A stretch of 36,029 nucleotides of DNA, from NCBI RefSeq assembly GCF_001194135.2, contig NC_068989.1:57755270-57791298 (forward strand). The letters are read 5' to 3'. The notes beneath the pieces are model-generated. The model was not told the DNA's origin. It saw only the letters and a program-made list of their open reading frames with translations, and searched no databases. A program made the position numbers and the translations under genes. This document shows positions 30,338-36,029 of this stretch, in pieces. Each line of letters opens with the position of its first letter. The first letter of the stretch is position 1. This DNA is from Octopus bimaculoides. Lineage: Eukaryota.

Positions 30338-32636
30338 CATACATACATATATATACATACATACAGGTCCAAGCATTGCAATGGAATGGTAAAGGAAACA
30401 CAATTATGACATTACCACATTTATACAATATGACCACCTCTGTTTCAAATCATAGGCTTAAGTCTAGGCACAAATGCTTCACACGTGGCATGCAGCTGTT
30501 CTTGCAGAATTGAAGCTGATTCCTGGTGGAGTTTTGCCTTCAGAGCATCAAGTGAAGCATGAGGAGTGCTCAAGACTCTTGTTCCCCAAAATGGACCAAA
30601 CAGAAAACTCCGAGTTGAGATTGGAGCTTCTTGAGGGTCGTACATCCTTGTCTATAAACGACGGAATGTTTTTATGAATCCAGTGTTGTGTCTATTGGAG
30701 CTGTGGGTTGATGCTGAGTTCTGTCAGAAGCTCCAAGGTGCACCTTGAAAGTGCTCATTCACCCATGGAAGCAGCTCCAGAACGTTGCTAATGTATTGCT
30801 GGGTGTTAATTTTAACACCTGAGGGCACAAAAACGAGGGGAGACCTTCCAGTGGCTGTAATAACTGACTGTAGATTCTGACATCAATTTACAAGTCTACC
30901 CTCGACAGAGTCAGATACACTCCAAAGTTGGTCATTCTGATGGTTTACTGTCTGTTCAATATCACATTTCTTTACATCAGTGAACACCAGGTTTGACAGC
31001 ATGCCTTCAGCAATCTGATGCAGAATAAGATGACTTCTCTCCAGTCTCATGGTCTTATAAACTTGCATGAACACATGATGGCAGATCACATTTTAGGGGC
31101 AGGTCCTGAGATCCTCTTTCAACACTCGATACATCAATGTTTGGTTTATTTTTGCTGTGGCAGCCAGTTTTCTGATGGAACAATGAGGATTTCACAACCT
31201 CTTTTCTCTGGTACTTTTGATAAGCTGAGGTGTCTGCACATTTCTTTCTCAGCCACGTCCAGGTTGATCAGAGAGTGGAACTAATCTCTTGAAATTTCTT
31301 GACAATATTCCAGACTGTTGTTTGATTAATTTTGAACTTTTTTTGCTATAGCTGTATTACTTTCACCTCCTTTGTGGAGGATTATGATTGTATTTCAGTT
31401 TATAACCATTATCAAATTTATAAATCTGAATTCATTTAGTCTGAAATGAAAAAAAGACACACTAAGCTTTTATAATGATGTATAAGTTTCATATCTTGTC
31501 ATATTTATTGATAGTTATTAAGGCCTGAAACTTCAGTTGCCTAAATTTCGGACCCCCTGTATACATATATGAAGTCCCAAACAGAGTTTTGGCCTGGCAG
31601 AATTATTAGAGAATCGAGCAAAATTCCCTGAACTGGTTGTAAATGTGCATCTCGGTCATGCAAGCAATGCTGTATGTTTCCAGTTTTCTGTTTAAAAAAC
31701 ATATCTGGCCATGGAGAAATATTGTTTGGAAACAAGTGAGGGTTGGTGACAGGAAGGTTATCCAGCCTTAAAAAAATCTGTCACAACAAATTCTGTCCGA
31801 CCCATACAAGCATGGAAAAATGGACATAAAATGATAATGATGGTGATGATGATGCAGAGGAGTTAGCCTATAGAAGTTCATCTGAACATCAGCTATATAT
31901 GTGAAAGCTATAAGAAAATGAGATGAGAAACGGTAAAAAAACAGTTACATTATGAACTTTATTAGATTACAGCTGTTTTTGCTGTAAGAGGCAAGTGAAC
32001 TCATAGTTGAGTGTCTGAATAACATCCTATAGCTTCATCAGAGCCTCCAATATGAAGTGCAATAGAATAAACTATTTCATTGAAATCTGCAACAGCTATC
32101 ATTTCATAGACTCATTTTTCACCTCTCAACTATTCACCAAATTAGAATGCTTAACTTTTAAATAAATTACAAGAAGATATCAGAACATTATAAGCATCAT
32201 AAGCATAAAAAAGGCCGACTAACAGGGCTTAATTCACATAGCATTCACCCGCCATGCAACAGTGTTACTGATTATGCTACAGAACATCTACAGTTCCATC
32301 TTCTCAAATTCAGAACACTAAATTCTTTCATATTTTCACTGTCTTTATGTCTGATAACATTTACATTAAAACATTGATACCAGTGCTGGTGCCACATAAA
32401 AAGCACTAGTGCTGGTGCCATGTTAAAAGTACTGGTGCTAGTACCACATAGAAAGCACCCAGTACACTCTGTGGAGTGGTTGGTGTTAGGAAGGGCATCT
32501 GGCAATAGAAACCATGCCAGAATAGACAATGAAGCCTGGTGCAGCCCCTGGCTTTACCAGCTCCAGTTAAACCATCCAATCTATGCCAGCATGGAAAACA
32601 GACATTAAATGATGGTGGTGGTGGTGGTGGTGGTGG

Positions 32637-32692
<56 letters not shown>

Positions 32693-35153
32693 GTGATGAT
32701 TAAAACAATCAAAGAGTTATTAAAAAACATTCTTTACTTTGGAATATGAATTAGCATCAAGTCAGGAACTATATCTTCATTTGGAATCACACCAGCGTTC
32801 TTACAGTGAACAGCACTTTTAGTTGCTAAAGCAAAGGCACAATGTTCCATATAAAAATGGTCAGCAGTTTTTAGAATATTATCCTTCATGTTTTCATTCC
32901 AAATGTAACATTTTGGACAGAGTGCATATGACTGGATAAATTCACTTTGATTTAAACCTAAGAAAATAAATACAAAAATATTTTCATTACATTTCATTTC
33001 GTTTGCAATTGTTTTTGGTTAAAAAGTGTGTCTTTGTGAGTTCCCCTGAGATTGGAACACACTTGCATAAACTTGACATGACTACAAGAGACTAATGCTG
33101 TTATTATAGCTGTTGTTTTGTTCCTGGCCAACTCTGATCAAGCAAACCAATGAACAAAGATGTTCCAACAGTGATCAGCTCATTGTTTTTATGTCAATAT
33201 GTGCTTAATTTAAATAGTGTTTGCTATTCATTTCTCTTTATAGGCAAAGAAATGAAGAAAGTACTTATCCTCTGAGGAGTGGCCAATCACCCATAAAACA
33301 TACCAAAATAATATTCTTTATGTTTCTGTGTATGAATAGAATAACAAGATGTTTACTTTCTACAGTGTAGGTGTTACAAAATGTAGTCTAACTACATTAA
33401 ATTTAGGAGATTTCCTTAACCCATTACCTCTCATAATTCTATTAACTGAATTTTTTTTATGAAACTTTGATTTCTAGCATAAAACAGCCTTAGAAACACG
33501 CTGGAATGATCAAAATAACATTTTAAATAGAAATAAGTGAGATATTGGGTGAAAAATTAGCAAACCTCATTTGAATATCAGAGAAATATACCTAGTAGAT
33601 ATAGCAAAAAGGTTAGATATGTGTAAATATTGACAGATAATTACGAAATTTGTAATTTTTAAGTGATCTCATATGAGATCACTGGTAGGTAATGGGTTAA
33701 TAGATAGTGTAGTATTTGTGAATAAGCATAAAATAATTAATGCAGTTGTGTGGTTAAGAAGTTTTCTTCCCAATCATATGAATTTCCATTCAATCTCACT
33801 GGAAAGTACCTCCCATTAATAGTCTTCAGCCAACAAAAGCCTTGTGAGAGGATTTGGTAGACAGAAACTGAAAGAAGCCATCATGTGTGTGTGAGAAGGG
33901 TGAGTGTGTGTGTGTGTGTGTGGGGAAGTCTTTTTGTCATGACATTGTACAATAGCTGCAAAGGAGCATTGCCATACAAGTGGAATCCTACATGTCCAAT
34001 CTTCTAAAACAACATGTCAAACAACATGCGGAAATATTACCTAGTTTGGAAACAGGAAGTTTACTGACAAGAATAACATTCAAATCTGCTTCAATGAATT
34101 TTGTCTGGCCCATGCAAACACAGAAAAGTGCTTGCATAGGTCCTTCCTTGTCCTACAGGATGGTCAAACATCTCCTCTGTAATAAGACAACTATCCCTGT
34201 CCCTCTATCATACACTAACCTCATACCTGGCACACAGCCACTTCCCTTTATTCCACTCCCTCTCTCAACAAAGAGATCTTTGTCTTGCAAGGTACATGGC
34301 AACACCACTGGTGCTGGTGCCACATCAGAAGCACTTGTGCTGGTGCCATGTAGAAAGTACCCAGTGGTTGACATTAGGAAGGGCATCCAGTCATAGACAC
34401 CATGCCAAACCAGACAATTGGAGCCTGGTGCAGCTCTCCAGCTTGCCAGCATGGAAAACAGACATTTGATGATAATGATGATATATTGATGTATAGCAGT
34501 GTCATTACAGAATTGGTGAGAATGCCATACTTATTTCAGTTCTCTGCATTCTGAGTTCAAATCCCTTTGAAGTCAACCTGCTATTCATCCTTTTAGGGTT
34601 GATAAATAAAACACCAGTCTAGGTCAGTGAACTGACAGAACTTCAGACACTTTGCTTTGTTGCATCTGTTTCAGTTCCTTGGTGCTGATGACCAGAGCTG
34701 GTCACTGCTAACCATACAGCAGGACCACATCGAACAAATAATTAGCCAGTTTCAACATGTAAGACTTCAAGCAGTGTAGATCATTTGGCAATAATATACT
34801 GAAGCGTCTTCTAGCTATAGAGTGAAAACAATTGAATGGAACTATATATTGTACCAAAATCTAGAGTGTCTCTTTATGTTTTGTACTCCCCTGGCAAATC
34901 TGTATACACACACACTCTTTCCCCCATCCTGCCCCAATATACATTATTTATATACTCTTTACTCTTTTACTTGTTTCAGTCATTTGACTGCGGCCATGCT
35001 GGAGCACCGCCTTTAGTCGAGAAAATCGACCCCAGGACTTATTCTTTGTAAGCCTAGTACTTCTATCGGTCTCTTTTTGCCAAACGAGGACATAAATACA
35101 CCAGCATCAGTTGTCAAGCGATGGTGGGGGGACAAACACAGACACACAAACAA

Positions 35154-35198
<45 letters not shown>

Positions 35199-35518
35199 NN
35201 NNNNNNNNNNNNNNNNNNNNNNNNNNNNNNNNNNNNNNNNNNNNNNNNNNNNNNNNNNNNNNNNNNNNNNNNNNNNNNNNNNNNNNNNNNNNNNNNNNNN
35301 NNNNNNNNNNNNNNNNNNNNNNNNNNNNNNNNNNNNNNNNNNNNNNNNNNNNNNNNNNNNNNNNNNNNNNNNNNNNNNNNNNNNNNNNNNNNNNNNNNNN
35401 NNNNNNNNNNNNNNNNNNNNNNNNNNNNNNNNNNNNNNNNNNNNNNNNNNNNNNNNNNNNNNNNNNNAAACCATGTCGTTGGTAAGCAAGCTACCTACCA
35501 CACAGCCACTCCTGCGCC

Positions 35519-35555
<37 letters not shown>

Positions 35556-36029
35556 ACACAAACACCAGTTGTTTATATATACATATATGTTTATGGTAAT
35601 GTTTATGTCACCAGAATTTATTAGTTAGGCAATACAGACTTGATAGATTAAGTACCTAACTTAAGAAAAGCAATTACTGGGGCTGATTCATTCAGCTAAA
35701 TATTCAAGGCAGTGCTCCAGCATGGTGCAGTCTAATGATTGACACAAGTAAAAGATAAAATGCCTTGCTGTATGGTTGTGTTGGTGTTGGTGGTGGTGGT
35801 GGCTTCTATAGCAGTTGTGATGGTTTTGGTTGTGATGTTGATGTTAAAGGTAAATATTAACCAGCATGATGAATTGAAACAAGAAATAAAGAATTAACAA
35901 ACCTGGGAAGAAATCATTCATTACATTCTGAATTTCTAGTTTGATGTTTCCAAGCATTGAGAATTCTTTTTCTGTTGATGCTACAGTAACAAGGAAGCCA
36001 AGAGCCTGCCTCACTTCATTATAAACCAC
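15069..36029 (-). CDS. LRRK1: LRRK1-like ROCO protein kinase (COR end, kinase, WD40), 5'-partial; exons 35903..>36029, 32738..32957, 29765..30005, 28366..28590, 26455..26679, 23449..23574, gap..21940, candidate 21132..21179, 19891..19988, 18686..18781, 15069..15968
   Basis: Kinase segments HPCIISMFGFSISPMCMLMELAPLRSL, DLKSDNIL, KLSDY and GTPGYQAPE closely match human LRRK1 as recalled. The COR-end motifs FFPG and VPDL precede the kinase. Phases match at all visible junctions. Strict orthology to LRRK1 rather than another invertebrate LRRK clade needs a phylogeny. Confidence 0.9.
16528..16690 (+). mobile_element. Mariner-like terminal fragment
   Basis: Starts TA-caaggtgtgttcaaaaagta, typical of Tc1/mariner termini; the partner TIR was not found. 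Confidence 0.4.
18194..18644 (+). mobile_element. Internally deleted Tc1/mariner element with TIRs and a transposase C-terminal remnant
   Basis: TIRs caggatgttccagaattaattatttcagtgaaat and atttcattgaaatagttaattctgaaacaccctg. The remnant LAELKERIHSVVQETTPEMPQNV resembles Tc1-type C-termini. Confidence 0.7.
18686..18781 (-). CDS. LRRK1: LRRK-like WD40 exon (SGEIGMIVNEMSNLRILPVFSISEVPVFMISN)
   Basis: Acceptor tttttcag, donor gtgagt; 96 nt, phase 0-0, bridging the flanking exons in frame. Confidence 0.78.
18875..19345 (-). mobile_element. Retroposon family D with (GAT)n tail and internal tandem subrepeats
   Basis: Signature catcatttaacatc...ccatgctg.catgggtt. Related copies lie at ~3488-3570, ~5980-6200, ~8050-8160, ~16800-16945, ~22235-22340, ~27575-27790, ~32365-32700 and ~34300-34485. 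Confidence 0.75.
19891..19988 (-). CDS. LRRK1: LRRK-like WD40 exon (CHTQSHLHSVSSAGFQVTCSTSIKNEVYIGAK)
   Basis: Acceptor attttag, donor aag|gtaagt; 98 nt; only one frame is open (phase 1 to 0). Confidence 0.78.
20281..20440 (+). mobile_element. RTE-X-like LINE 3' remnant
   Basis: Translates as GRINRGRKHLSYVDNLLQDSGMMNINEIRTCMRGRP*W, matching the GRP..TYIDQL.EDTG-type C-terminus. Confidence 0.6.
21341..21560 (-). mobile_element. SINE family A copy, 5' end lost in the gap
   Basis: Reverse complement of the 3' part of the 10641-11251 element. Confidence 0.88.
21885..21940 (-). CDS. LRRK1: LRRK-like kinase subdomain XI exon, truncated by assembly gap (DHNLDAKFPCLEKMMTDC...)
   Basis: Acceptor ttttttcaactag in phase 0. 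The peptide matches the helix that precedes the CW..P..RP motif, and the sequence runs into the N block. Confidence 0.8.
22643..23051 (-). mobile_element. tRNA-derived SINE (family C) with central microsatellite and 5-bp TSD acact
   Basis: Homologous to 34955-35519. The empty site is visible in the paralogous segment at ~24020-24035. Confidence 0.88.
23449..23574 (-). CDS. LRRK1: LRRK-like kinase subdomains IX-X exon (VDIYSWSIVAYEILTGCRPF...RPMIK)
   Basis: Acceptor ttcaatag, donor gtaact; 126 nt. Confidence 0.92.
23679..23875. repeat. Degenerate tandem repeat of ~75-80 bp (two units plus a partial one)
   Basis: atgca.catttatg..ac.cattcccattt...gatta.cttgcaa.ttataa.agaaaagct is repeated. Confidence 0.7.
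24673..24996. repeat. Perfect 46-bp inverted repeat around a ~230-bp AT-rich spacer containing a gap
   Basis: atatatagttttagggaaaagaaccaaggttcatgaactcatcaat at 24673-24718 and its reverse complement at 24951-24996. Confidence 0.85.
25591..25855 (-). mobile_element. SINE family C partial copy
   Basis: Shares gactgcagccatgctggagcac and gtaaacacacc with 22643-23051. Other fragments lie at ~950-1080, ~4410-4530, ~16168-16330, ~17950-18105, ~27350-27560 and ~33740-33960. Confidence 0.75.
26455..26679 (-). CDS. LRRK1: LRRK-like kinase subdomains VI-VIII exon (YGDLKSDN, DYN, APE)
   Basis: Acceptor tttttag, donor gtaaga; 225 nt. Confidence 0.95.
28366..28590 (-). CDS. LRRK1: LRRK-like kinase subdomains III-V exon
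   Basis: Acceptor cttacag, donor gtaaac; 225 nt; encodes EMQHEVTLL and MELAP. Confidence 0.94.
29221..29664 (-). mobile_element. Young SINE (family B, 29430-29664) adjoining an older copy of the same family
   Basis: The core ctttcatcctttcggggtcgataaattaagtaccag occurs in the young copy and, degenerate, in 29221-29430. Confidence 0.75.
29765..30005 (-). CDS. LRRK1: LRRK-like kinase subdomains I-II exon (IASGTSGSVY...VAIK plus insert)
   Basis: Long pyrimidine tract ending gttttag, donor gtaagt; 241 nt, phase 2 to 0. Confidence 0.92.
30121..30362. repeat. Compound (TA)n/(GA)n/(TACA)n microsatellite with gap
   Basis: Directly visible; source of the spurious IYIY/RERE ORFs. Confidence 0.9.
30363..31562 (-). 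mobile_element. Degenerate maT/DD37D-like (Tc1/mariner) transposon
   Basis: Fossil transposase: RKLAATAKINQ, LVFTDVKK, NHQND, GRSPLVFVPSGVKINTQQY, FSVWSILG, DALKAKLHQE, NRGGHI, with several stops and frameshifts. TA-caggggtccg terminus at ~31550-31562. Confidence 0.85.
32365..32702 (+). mobile_element. Retroposon family D copy with expanded (GGT)n(GAT)n tail
   Basis: Ends ccatccaatctatgccagcatggaaaacagacattaaatg followed by ~90 bp of trinucleotide repeat. Confidence 0.75.
32738..32957 (-). CDS. LRRK1: LRRK-like COR C-terminal exon (LNQSEFIQSYALCPKC...EDIVPDLMLIHIP)
   Basis: Acceptor ttcttag, donor gtaaag; 220 nt, phase 1 to 2; Cys-rich COR end with the PDL motif. Confidence 0.88.
33416..33700. 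mobile_element. Second piggyBac-like MITE (TTAA-CCCATTACCT...AGGTAATGGG-TTAA)
   Basis: Perfect 10-bp TIRs plus TTAA on both sides. Confidence 0.7.
34955..35519 (-). mobile_element. SINE family C copy spanning an N gap
   Basis: Head aggcgcaggagtggctgtgtgg on the minus strand and tail aagtaaaagagtaaagag. Confidence 0.85.
35903..36029 (-). CDS. LRRK1: LRRK-like COR-B exon, runs off the window (...NIKLEIQNVMNDFFP-G)
   Basis: Open frame to the window edge. Donor g|gtttgt in phase 1 joins the next exon's GT to form Gly. Resembles the COR segment DHINSLLEDWFPGL. Confidence 0.8.

Noticed and set aside
30042-30513. Several overlapping ORFs rich in IY/RE repeats
   Set aside because: Translations of (TA)n and (GA)n microsatellites and N gaps; the same applies to ORFs at 12904, 13745 and 35013-35624.
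33980-34452. 138-aa and 99-aa overlapping ORFs
   Set aside because: They lie within retroposon family D sequence, with no splice or homology support.

Overview
AT-rich, repeat-dense eukaryotic DNA with N gaps. The SINE, mariner and microsatellite content suggests an octopus or other coleoid cephalopod; this is an inference from repeat style, not a database match. Two spliced genes lie tail-to-tail. (1) Plus strand: maspardin/SPG21, seven coding exons from 1146 to 12110 (308 aa here); the first coding exon was not found in the window. (2) Minus strand: the 3' part of an LRRK1-like ROCO kinase (end of COR, kinase, WD40), at least ten exons from >36029 to the stop at 15069. Splice phases are consistent at every visible junction, and kinase subdomain XI runs into the assembly gap at 21561-21884. 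The top lead is the kinase DYG motif, which reads DYN. The glycine equivalent to LRRK2 G2019 is encoded by AAT, which A-to-I editing could recode to Ser (a G2019S mimic), Asp or the canonical Gly. Other leads: both genes' human counterparts act on Rab7; a 52-bp fold-back lies between the two 3' ends; there is a three-finger C2H2 remnant, a hammerhead-like motif, a twin-priming-type LINE inversion and direct repeats flanking a kinase exon. Most other ORFs in the track are microsatellite, gap or transposon artefacts.
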